A stretch of 64,000 bases of DNA from Balanoglossus misakiensis (taxonomy: Eukaryota > Animalia > Hemichordata). Below the pieces are notes generated by a model, which ran no database searches, was not told the DNA's origin, and worked only from the letters and a program-made list of their open reading frames with translations. Below are positions 9,946 through 22,391 of this stretch, piece after piece. How positions within the stretch are numbered: the first letter of the stretch is position 1; every line of letters starts with the position of its first letter. Made by a program: the position numbers and the translations under genes. The DNA lies in NCBI GenBank assembly GCA_040954595.2, contig CM082595.2:4552137-4616136 (forward strand). Direction: 5' to 3'.

Positions 9946-12527
9946 AACATATTTTTCTACATGTGTTATTTATTGAGTAGTTATCATACGCATTGTTACA
10001 GTCAGTGGCTAGAGAAGATCTGCACGCCATCTACATAGTCCTACTGCCCTCTACCGACAATTGTTCAATATACGACCCTGGGGGATATTCGAGATACCAT
10101 GCCAACTCAGCGATGAACCGACGATCGAATAGCGCCCCCAATTTTCAGTGAGCAAGACAGTAAGTTGGGGTATATCACACGAGGATTAATCTATCGACCC
10201 GTTTACCTGGATTATCAGGTGTAAGCGTACAGTATACCCCAATTTTAATCAGATTGATTATACCCACGAAATCACCATCATTACATGTATTACCCAACCT
10301 TTGTAAATCGTGTGCTAAGATTCCAGTTTACTCCTACCTAAGACCGACAGGAGACATCGCTTTTGCCGACGGAAGCGATCTGCAGTCTCCGCGGTCTACC
10401 AATTTGTCGTCACTGCGACGATTAATGTTCCAGCATTGATACCGCTGGTAGATATCCGCCATAATGACACTGATAATGAACCAGACTTGACAAAAAACGT
10501 CGGGAAAACACGTGAGAACACGAGTTTTATCTTTCTGGTCGCGTGTATTCAAACAAGTCGTCGAGTTTTGAACAAACAAGACAAATCGATTACTTTAATT
10601 ACTAAATTTCGGCGTTCTTTCTGTTTGACGGGATCACAGATATAAATCGCCCTCTGATAATTAGTGCACGTTCGCAGATACACAAAGTTTGTGGTCAGAT
10701 AGAAATATCTTAGAGTTTTAACAGATAATCAGTGAGAATTAGAAAAATTCAGTGACACTTATCTGTTTAAAATGAAAGACGCCCTTTCAGAACTTTGCGA
10801 TATCATTCAGAAAAAAATCTATGTTTCGGATATTACAGGCTGGTGAAAAATTTGGGGGTAAATTGCAGTAATTCGCAATACTTTGTTATGTTTGTTTTGT
10901 TTTATTTCGTTTTATTTTTCTGTGTTTTTATTTTAAAAGTATTTGCTTTCTGAAAGGAGCTGCATGATCTGATGTTCGATCCTATTTTGGACGCAGCTTG
11001 TAAATATCATGGATTCTTCTTATCCGAAAGAGTATCATGGAAATAAAATTGGGTGTATTTGGTAAACGTACGCCATATTGTCCGCGAGAACTGAGCTTGT
11101 TTAGTAAACAGGACAATATTTACCGGGTAAGTGCTCACGGAGAAAAGGGAAAAAACTTACAACGTTTATTGATTAGTCCTCTAAATGCCGGGCGTACTAG
11201 TTACTTCATATGTCTGGCAAAGGGAAATTACCTGTCGAGCGACAGCGTTACGTAGCAACATTCCCCGCCCACGCCCTGTCAATCAAAAGACCAAACTAAT
11301 TGAGAGATAATACTTTATCATAATTAGAAGCACAACACGTTATGGTTCTAAATTACACGCTGATAGATTCGGTATCTGATCACGCGCGCGTCTCTTCAGT
11401 CGCTACTAGCAACAGATTAAAAAGTAGGTGAGAGGGCTGAGGGTAGCAGACGGAGTTGGGAGACCTTATCTCCATAATTACTTCAAACATGTCGGTGGTT
11501 GCTGCTTCAGAGTTTTGCTGAGACCGTGACCTCCGGGGAAATGTGAGATTAATTACAACTTAATAAAGAAACATCATATGAGCTTTGTCCTCAAATACGT
11601 TTTGGGGAAAACTTACAAGAAATTAATTGCGATTGACACGTAATGACGTCATTAACCGATAAGAGCCACTTAGCAGCGGCACCACAAAAGAAAACCGAAA
11701 ATTCCGATTTAATTCTCTATCTTTTGTGCGCAGTCGCGATAGCCAACTCAATATTGATTAGAACAGTTCTATCTTCTCGATAAAATGCAATTTAGGAATA
11801 TTCTCAAGAATAACAAGGTCAGCCAGTCATCTGTCAGACCATCGTCATTGAGTGAAGTTATTTAGTATATTTTGTCTGTTATATACCAGCCTTTTCTCAC
11901 ATTCTGAGTGACAGATCGTACAATTCGAAGAAATGGGTTGGTATCTGAGCGGGATTTCAATTCATTACAATAATTAGCAGAGTAATTAAATTCACTGATA
12001 ATTAGCAAATACGAGTAGTTTTGTTAGTTGTTTTGTATGTAGAGTGACCGTGCTTGTACGGTCAAACGAGCCTTGATATTCTGGGAGGGATAACAATTCC
12101 TTTACATTAAAGGTGAAAATGGAGAAGTCCTTATCACCTTCTTTTCTCAAAGGATTGACAAAAAGCCATAAAATACAATATTAACACCTCTCCACACCTA
12201 TTGTGATCTCTCTACTTTCCCACCGATGGTGAAGATAGACTAAAACAGAAACGTGTCCATCGAAAATCCAGGTGTCTGTGGGTAAATAGAACACGACAGG
12301 GATGTTTTCGTTGGTGCATTTTGTAAAGAAGGGGTTTGTCATTTGCGGTTTGTGTTTGCACGGGGGGAAATGGCACTCACGCGGAGTTTCGGTAAACGCA
12401 GTAATTTGGACGTATTGTGAGTGTATTGTTTGATGGCGCGCCACCGGGGAAGACAACCTGCGTGGGGCAACCAGGCTGGGAAATGTGCAAAGGTGACTGC
12501 ACGCAGAGAGATGCTCTTTATACAAAG

Positions 12528-12555
12528 CATAGACAGTAGACCTCTACTGTCTATG
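12528..12555. repeat. Short perfect hairpin CATAGACAGTAGA-cc-TCTACTGTCTATG
   Basis: 13-bp perfect arms, 2-nt loop; related partial copy near 36958-36982. Confidence 0.8.
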
Positions 12556-12739
12556 GACAAAGCTACCTCGTAACTATAAGCGATAGAGACCTATATGGAC
12601 ATTGTGCTTTTTGAGGAGAAAACGACATCGGGAGAAATGCCATCAACTAAGATAAATCAGAATGGAAATGAGAGAGGGGGGGAGAGAGATTAAATACTTT
12701 TCACTTGAAGAAACGTGTAATCATTTCATTTCAACCCTC

Positions 12740-13920
12740 AAAATAAAAGAATCGACAACAGGATTACATATGTAGTAACGCGTTCCCTTAGTTACATGGC
12801 AGACAAGTGGCTGCTACAAGATTATGCGTGTGATTATCTCTAGGCGATTACACGTCACATGGCGGCTATTTTGAATGCTGGCGACGCTGAAATGACTCCT
12901 TCTACAAGTAATCTTCGTGGATGACGTGTTCGTCAGGAAAATCGCAAATCTCTTAATTGGGACAGAATTACTGTCAAATGTGTCGCAGATCTGAAAGAGG
13001 GGAGGTCGCAGGGGGTGAGGCAAAATACGCAGTAATTATCATGGTTTGGGATATTGTTTGTCGAAGGCAAACGGGGAAGTTTGCAAAACAAGGTAGCCAG
13101 TGCACAATGCCCGCAACTAAAGATGTCATGTGTTTGCACAAAGACCCTGGAGTTCCAGGGTCTATATGGTTTGCAAAACTAGCCATTGGTTTTCTCGAAT
13201 AGAGACATACAGGCCTGTCTGCATACACAGTAACCCATTGATATCGTTCTGGATGTTTGATGGGGAACGAAAATGACAAAAATTTAAACAAAATGGCGAA
13301 GAGGGAGAAAATGTGTGGTTGTGAGTGAAGGGGATGGGGAGACGACAAAGAAAGAATGACTGTGTCATCAATAAAATGACATCTTCAACCGTTGGTACAT
13401 TTCTCACCTTGAAAATAGCATACTGTATTTCGAATTGTAAAATGAAAGAATCTATGAGCGATTACATATGTAGTAACATGGTTCTTCACACATGTGATAA
13501 ACGGCCGAGAGAGATTACATTTATGATTACACGTTCCTTGTCGGCTTTTCTGATTGACGATGACGGCTCTGGTGTCGCTGAAATGATTTAGTCAACGCGT
13601 CATCTTTGTGGAGAACGTGTTCGCCAGCGAAAGTGCAATCGCGTAATTGAGTGAAAATTACCGTCTGGTGCGTCGCAGATCTCAAAGAGGGGGGTTTTGA
13701 ATACCGCTTGATTTGTTCGGCTAATAATTACTGAACAGATATTAAGATGGTCGCAGGGGGTGCAGATAAGCGCTGCTATTATCAAAAGATTTGGGGTATT
13801 GTTTGGTGACGATAAACTGGACTGTTGGTAAAACAAGGCAGCCGGTCACAATGACCACCACAGCGATGTTCTGTTTGTTGCAAAGCTACCCACTGGTTTT
13901 CTCCGAGCGATAGAGACCTG
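12740..13920. repeat. Old diverged duplication (~12740-13215 and ~13439-13920)
   Basis: Shared gattacatatgtagtaac, gtcgcagatct.aaagagggg, ggtcgcagggggtg, aaaacaagg.agcc, tggttttctc in the same order. Confidence 0.8.
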
Positions 13921-14173
13921 TACGGAATGCTTTTCAGAACCACCTTTCACGATAAATCATTTTAGTTGTGTGGTTGAAAACGAGCACAGCGGAACGTGAA
14001 ACTAAATTGTAAAGGGGAAATGATGGAAGAGAGTACACGGTAATAAATATGAGATTTACAATTCTTCTTGTCGTTAATTTACAATCCGACGCGCAAAATG
14101 AAGCAAAAATAAGTCACTTGGCTGAAATATTTGTTGATGTGGTCACTACGAGGAGATTCACTGCTAAGTGTCT

Positions 14174-15508
14174 TTGCCATTCCCCTCATTATGAAAACTA
14201 ATGAAATTGTTGAACGTTCCTTTTCTGGTTATAATCAATGAATTTCAACCCGTGTTAGCAGCACCACCTTCATTTTAATGACACATTCAGACATCAACAA
14301 GTCCATCGCTCCGGCCAAAGAAAACATAAGCGATTTTACACTTTCTAAGCAGAAATTCAACGAGGCACGGTTACTAGTAACCGTGAACGAGGTGACAACA
14401 TGATGTGCGAGACAAGATGGCGCCGCGCAGTGAGCTGTAGAGTCTTGCCGTGGAGCAGAATTTCGCTCTATGGTCTATGCTGTAGTTTGACGGGTTTGAA
14501 TTTTCGACGGAGATAGCAACAAGGTCACCATCTAAAAGTATTTATTCATTCAGAGAACTTTTCAAGCAATCCTCGTGTTTATCTGACCAAATCCGATCGC
14601 CTCAATTTTGTCGTCTGCTTTTGACACCACATTCACACCTTGTGCAGTGACAACTGGTCACTTCTTCTCGCCACCTCTCTAAAGAAATAGGTCAACGCCC
14701 TTTTGCGACAAGAATTTACGCATCTGGTGAGGAATACATATTCTTCTCGACGAATCTTGAGTTGATACTTTTTGTCGGTGGAGTTGGTTGTTGCGCTTGG
14801 CGAATGCACTGTAGTTTGCAATGCTATGCTAAATTTATTTGTCAAAATGGATGATGTTGTGAATCGGCAACAAGGTACACCACGCATAGAATATCTGTCT
14901 CACAAGAAAGTTTCTTGCTGTATACATTGCTGCGTAGACACCAATGATTTTCGAAACAAAACTAGTATTCGGATCTTTAGACGCCTTGCCTAGTCTAGGC
15001 GGATACTCTTTGTGAAAATTTGTTTCTAAAGGAAATAACCTTCAAGTGGGTGTCAGTTTATCTTCTGTCTTGACCCGAATTATAGATGGTTGGTTTGATA
15101 CGACAGTTTGGTAGCTACCCGCTGGTTTCGCCCTGACGCAAAGGGAAAAAATCTCCCCGGCTTTTGTTGAGGTGGAGCATAATTTATAACGTGCGAAGAG
15201 GCTTTCTCAGCTGGACTTCAAGAGTCCGCGACAAGAGGATGACGGGAAATCTGTCTGGTTTGAAGAAATGCGGGGAGCGACACGAATAAAGATTCTGTGT
15301 TTCAATTTGCAAAATCATATTGCCATTCCCCCAATATGAGAACATAAGACATAACTGAACGTTCCTTTCTGGTAATTACCACTGAATTTCAACCCATGTT
15401 AGGAGCGCCGCCTACGTCTTGACACCGCGTTCGCACGTCGCCAGCGTTAACAGGTCACTCACGTCCATCGCCTTCGCCAAAGAAATTATAAACGATTTTA
15501 ACACTTTC
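14174..15508. repeat. Diverged duplication (~14174-14346 and ~15320-15508)
   Basis: Shared ttgccattcccc, tgaacgttcctttt?ctggt, tgaatttcaaccc.tgttag, gtccatcgc, gccaaagaaa, cgatttta. Confidence 0.75.
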
Positions 15509-18500
15509 TTCGCTAAAATGCAGCTGAAACGATTTGGCGTCACAATGCATATTACCTTCTTACGAAAATGTGTCAATATCGACAATTTTCGGAGATATGG
15601 ATATGATCCGTTTGAGCAATTACGTCACATATTTTATCATGGCGACCTTTGGCCAGACATGCGCGGTGGACAAGAGCAAGAACGACGGGTTTCGCGCAAA
15701 GGTGATTCTACAGATACATGTGTCCCTCGGTATGATTTCATTTATGCGTTGATCGCACAGCTTGGGTGCGTGGTGCCATTTTGAAAACCTGTTGACTTAA
15801 AATATTTAAAAAATCGACAAATAAGATAATCTTGTAAGCAAGGGCTTTACAAGAGCTTTACAAGTTCACCAAATATTGACATTATTGTTTTAATTCGAAA
15901 CTACTTTGTATCTATGGATTATAGACCTTAGAGCGGTCTATGCATGGGTGAGCGTTTACTCCAACAGAATACATGTACTACAGTAAAAATTGTTGAAGTC
16001 ACTCGAGCCCATAGGAAACCTTACCAACGATTGCGCATGGTCAATTCTGTTTGCTGAAAACGCCATTATCTTGTTTAATTGTGTTGCGGTTGGCGCGGTC
16101 TCTTTCTGTGAAATCTCTTGCCAGGGTCCGGTCTTTTGTGTAACCACAGTCTGTGGTGTAACTATGGACCCTGGCGCGAGATCTCGCTCCTGCAGTGTTG
16201 GAGTTTTACATCTCGTGAGATATCGCGAGACACGAAGGGCGTCACCCTCCAAACTCCACCCGGCTGGTGAACCCTAATCCGACGCCCGGTACAATTGAAA
16301 CTTTTTGCCAAAACAACAGAAGTCGGCATCACTAAGAAAATGTGAACTATGGAAATAGTTCGGGTGATGGAATGTGGTATTTTGTACTTTTACTGAAAAA
16401 TAATCAATTTACAGAAAAATGGATTGTTTTACTTCAAATCGTGCACAGATCACAGAACGAGAATTTTGCACAGAGAAAACGAATCCACAGAAGACGTACA
16501 ACCAGATCATATCCAAATTAAAAGACAATCATCAAGACGACAAAGCATCGGGCAGAACCACGGTTACTAGTAACCGTGGCAGAACATACTTTTGAAGCGA
16601 GAATTTTTCAGGAGTGATAAGTAGATAGAGCTAGAAATCGCGAAATGTCTAAATTATCTCGTCCCTTGTTTGATCGTTGTTTAAATGACTACTATTTTGA
16701 CAGCTATATCGCAGGGTTAGCACTTTAAAAATTCTCATATCGTGTTTTGTGTCTAGACTTCAATAAGCTTACGCTTCAAAGTAGGGGATAATCAGCGACT
16801 TTATTATGGTGGACATTTCATAAAAGATTTGTTTGCTAAACATTGATGCTTTGGGTCCAATGTGTTTCTTTGTTGTTAATCCGGAGGATTTTGTTCAACA
16901 CGTGGACACGGTGCACACACCAAGTTGTTCTTGACGACGCTGTCTTCAAAATCCAGCTGTTCTGGTCTTCCGAATTATCAGACTGATTAAAAATTCGGTG
17001 TTAACAACCACACTCGTTACTTCATTGACGACAGAATGTTTTCTCACACGGGTTTTCAATGCCCAGAGTCTAAACGGTGAAGTGAAAAACCCTGGACATC
17101 GCCAACCTGAACAATGCAAGCGTAAAAACGCCCCATTCGCACCTGATTGAATCAAATTCCCATGGATCCAACTCGTCACCAGATAATTTCCCACGAATTT
17201 CTGGATCGGCATTTTTATTTTCGTCCAACTCACCCAGCAATGCCATGGTGTCTCCTCAGTTTCTACTAAGAAAATTCGCCAAGAAATGTCCAAGACTGTG
17301 GACCAGAATCCACGTCACCCTGCAAGAATATACAATGACGCAGCTAATTAATTAGGCCTGTACTGTTTTATATTCCTTCTCATTTAAGGAAGCTTAACGC
17401 GGACGTGGGAAAACCTACATGTTCTATTCCTATATTATACGCATTACAATACATTTGAAGTTTTACGATCTGTTTATAACTCAACGATTGACAACGCACA
17501 TAATATTCAACGTTTTCTTTGCAAAACTTGCTACAGAGTTTATGATGCGAGCAATCAGATCTATCTATTTGCGGCTCGTTATTGTATTACCGGCAGAAAC
17601 GACGCATACTTGGGAGCAATTTCAGGAACAGAATTAGGGATTATGAGATGTATAGGGAAATAAAATAGATTGAATCGACAGGAAAGGTAACTTGCGTCAA
17701 TAGAAAGTTGGAAAATGTACACGTCGGGTTATGCACTCGCCTTGAACAATTCATAACTTTAATTTGAGCAAATTCGGCCAACGCAGAGCGAAGCTAAATT
17801 CTTCTGAAGTTGTCAAGAGCAGCGAAAATGCAAACTGAGAAAAACGGCCATTTGCATTGTTGACACCTATTTCTTAAGCTGTGGACTCATTCAGAAAAGG
17901 GCTATTTTTGGGTAATTATGCACCATTTCCGCCAAGACACATTTGTCAGAATGTGGATCAGTATTAAATCACAACTTTTCACGCAATGCCACCTTAACCA
18001 CCCCGTTGCCCTGGTTGAGTAACGGTATTAACTTTGCCATCGGAAACATTTTGACAAGAGGTCGATTGACGAAAGCCAACGGTTGCCGTTCTCGAGATTC
18101 ATGACGATTTTCAATTTCATGAATGATAACAAAGAATATGTTATGTTAAGGGATAACATGCTTTGAAGTTTATACGCTGGCGATTACTCCCCAGTTTTCA
18201 AATAAATAGGAATTAAATCGCGCGTAAACATCAGCCAGGGGAAATGATAATATTTCGATTAGAGATTTCGCATACCAACAGCTAAAATTAACATACGAAA
18301 AGGCGGATGCCTTCCTATCTTCCGGTGATCAGTGGCCCTCGGGGGGGGGGGGAGGGGGCAAATTTCGTCTTTGGATCAGTTCAACTTCGCATCGACAATT
18401 TTTGCGCCACGATAACTGACTGAAGGGATGGGGAAACTCTGTCAGAACGCCAAGGAAAGCTGGATCGTGAAACCCGCGTTGAAAAGTTCGACTGCCATCA

Positions 18501-21500
18501 TTATTAACAACAGGACCAATTAAAACCTACGCCCAGTTAGTGCGTTACGGCTTCGGCTGTACAGTTGAACGAATCGGAAATTCTTGAAATCGTGTTTTCT
18601 TTTCCAGGGATTTGCAATTAACTTTATTTCACTCCACCGTTTAGGAAAGCTTGCTTAGCTGATGCGAGACGCAATGGGGGTACTTACGTCGAACAAAACG
18701 ACCATTTTTATCGTTCACTGAACTTGGGTGCGCACATCAAAAGACATCCGTCAAAAAACAACAATTTTTTGCGATGTTGTGACAGAGGATTTGGGGCTGC
18801 GGCGTCTTCCTATTGTCATGAAAAGATGTTTTTAAATACCAGGGAAGGCAGAGACAAATGAAAGAAGTGGTTGTTTTGTCCGGGTTGAGTCTTTCGGGCC
18901 GAGTTTTTACTACAGTTTAAGTTCTTGTTGATGATTCGAACGGTTGATTCTGAGCGGTCGCTTTGATGTTTGTCTGTGGTTCACTGTTGACACGTCAGCC
19001 GCCAAGACATGTTTGTCGAGCAGAAAAACGCTACCGACACTTCCCTCAGAAACAGCTAGTATCGCTAAACTGCCATGTCACAATCTAAACAATTTAGCTT
19101 TCAGCAAATTCGCAAGACTGTAAACTTCATGCAGTCGATAATATGTACATCCCGGACTGAGACAATGTTTAATTTACTCTACAGGTGACCACACCACCTC
19201 GTCATCACCGTCCAAGACTTCGAATCTCAGAATCGTCAGCTGCGGAAGTCACTCGACACAACTTCCGAGAGGTCTGCAGGACGGGTTGGCATTTTCAGGA
19301 CACCTACATACGCTTACATCCTGGTATTTTCGTCCGTATATGAATCCAATCAACTTTCAACTTTTATTTCGACAAAGAATGATAAAGAACTCTCCAAAGT
19401 CTTCAAAAACTTTGCAGGCCACGTGGGCTTCGAGTAATGATGTAATTACCTGTCGCGTCACAGGTCGATCAATTACTAGTAATCAATATTTGGAGTTTCG
19501 GAATCAGAAAGCAAGCCGACATGTGTAACTACCAATTTCGTGCCCAATAGATTACATATTATCGACCTGGAAACTTTTTGGCGGCTAAGGGTGGTTATCG
19601 GTTACGCTTGTCCAACATCACATGAGTAAAATCTTAAGAAAGCTAAACTGGTACAGTATTGTTACGTTTGGGATGGTTCGAAAATGACCTATATGTATAT
19701 ACGTAATGGCTGCTACATGTACACACGGTAAAAACCACAAGTGTCAGAGAACAAGCGCCACTGGCGGCCGACAGGCTCAACCCACAATCAACGGAAAAGC
19801 TTTCTCTGAAACCATCTCCATCAGGCAATCAATAAATCGATACGTAATGATACACTGCCGGGCAAACTTCAGAGGGAATCGACAGAGTCTTGAAACCACG
19901 ACAAAGACTGTTTATTTTCATTCTGATGAATAAAAAAAACATCTTGACAGCCTGATAGAAAGAGTACTTACGCTGATAGGTATAAACAGGTCGATAAAGA
20001 AGACGCACAGACAAAATGGCGCTTATTTCAAAACTGAACATGTGCGCCATTGCGGATTACAAAGCAAGCCCATAGCATCGTGGCAATAACTTCTGTCTAG
20101 AGTTTTCTGAACTTATCCTCGGTGTATCGAGCAAATTTTTGTTCTATAGCCTGTCAGCGCCCAGAATATTTGTCAACATTGCACACCAACAAGAGGTGGC
20201 GAGACCAAAGAAAAGAATGTTTGGACGACGTCAGATAACACAAACATGCGAAAATTCGCAACCCACACCAATATGTAATAATCTGATAATCTGCCAATAT
20301 GTAAAGGTGCATATAGACACAACAGACTAAAACTATTAATCCTCGGTGCTTGTAAAGGACAATAAAATTTCCAGAGTTTTGCTAGGTGGTTCAGGAACAC
20401 GGCTATCCAGGCAGACGGTCGTTGGTGTCATTCGCTGCGTGCGCGTGCGCGTGCGCATTCAATCAACAGGTGGTTTGGTATTTTCGTCTATGAAGCAGTT
20501 GTCATGTGGTGGGGGGTTTTTTTGAGGGGGGGGGGCAAACTAGGCTGTTCGTTCCAGTTGTGAATTTCGAAGTCGGAAATTTACTGACAGGAATGACCGC
20601 ATCTGAAAATGTTGGGATCATCAGTGACATTTGGGATGCACTACTACAAGTGTTTCGTCATCCATACTACCCGAGAAGGAAATTGTGTATAGCGCCCTTG
20701 CACAACAGCCCTTGGTCAAGTTTCGTTCTTTAACAGCGCCCTCCCGCAATGAGTATCCGTGAAGTTCGAGTCGCAAAAGTTTAGGGACGCGGGCATTAAG
20801 AGATGAAAGCATTCTTTTGATTATTTTGTACAACTGAACATGGTCGCCTCGCTCTTGAATTACCCACGACGCATCCGGATATCGTGGATAACGTCATCGT
20901 CACGTACCTCTGCTAAGAATGTCTTTTCTGAAAAGATTGCCGTTTTGTCATTTTGCATTCCGATGAGTCATGAACTACCATTTTAAGACATCTTTCGATT
21001 TGGGCGATGTTTTCTTTTGTGCGCTTACTTGCGTAGGCGCAGCTTGGAGGATGGTTCAAACATACCCACGCCCGCCCACGGCAGCTATCGCGCGCCGATG
21101 ATCTGTCCGCGCGCACTGATTTATTTGGCCCGGTACCATAGATTTGGACATTAATAAATACCACATTCCATTATCCGCCCACCACATCTCACGTTCATTC
21201 ACATGATCCCGCCTCTTCAACAAAACTGATCGCGTGCGACTGTCCCAGGCTCCCAGCTGCGTGCAGTGACTGAGCCAAATCGACGGCCAATAACATCGTC
21301 AACTTCAAAATACATGTACATCTATACGAAGGGGAAAAAACATATAGTGATCGGGGGTTTGAACTAGAATATAGTCAGTGGACCGGTTGCCGGAAACACA
21401 TGTATTTCCCTGAGCTTCACAGACACATTTTACATTACTGGAGTGTAATTATTAAGAGGTTCGATGACGCTTGTGCCTAAAATAGAGTACTTTTCTTTAG

Positions 21501-22355
21501 TTTCCCTCTAATCATTATCCTCGCGTTTCGTTTTGTGAACATTTTAAGCTAAAGACAGAGGGGAACTGGGGAAGCTATAGAATTGAATCGGACATCGAAC
21601 CGTCTCATATTGGAAGGGATGAAACTTGTTAAAGCACGATGGAGCATTAAAATGACACATTAATCAGTTTTCGCGGTTGGACAGAGGAATCTAGGTCAGA
21701 TTAATGCCGCCACGGGCTGTTGCCGTAACAGAAGCAAAATGGCCAATTACGCCAAGTGCTCCGGCAATGCGCGTTAGTCACCCATGAACCAAAGTGTTGC
21801 CAAACTGCAATTTCCGTTTCCATGAAAGGCGCAGACTTCCCGTTCGGCGGAAGTTCGATCCTTGAATGGGGTTTTTGCCTTGTCAGTCGCACACAGAAGA
21901 TGACGCCGTCTTTATCTTCATCTGAACGCGCCGTAACGATGGCAACCAACATCCGGCGTGGTGAGAGAGTCACGGCAAAGGAGCCACGCCCATGTCGCGG
22001 ACAGCCTTTATGTACTTACACTGAACTTACGCCCTTTTCAACTTGACTTTATTTTCGAATAAATGTAACTGTGCGAGGTCATTCTATGCCGGCAAATACC
22101 GAGAAAAGACAAGACTCTGAAGAAAACGCGGTGCAACTATCCGACCTGATGTCAATCGCATCACAGACTGCAGTTGCTACAAACTATGAAACGACACACT
22201 GTCGAAGTGCTATGCTTAAAAAGCGGAGCCAACTTTAAAGATATGTTTCGGTAATTTTTTTTTCTTTGGCGTGATATGCTATGTGATGAATCCCCATCGT
22301 TCATCTTAAAGCTCTTAATTTTTGGTACGGACCAATAGCACGTGATGGAAGTCGT

Positions 22356-22358
<3 letters not shown>

Positions 22359-22391
<33 letters not shown>
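22359..22391. repeat. (CAT)n microsatellite
   Basis: Directly visible. Confidence 0.9.
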
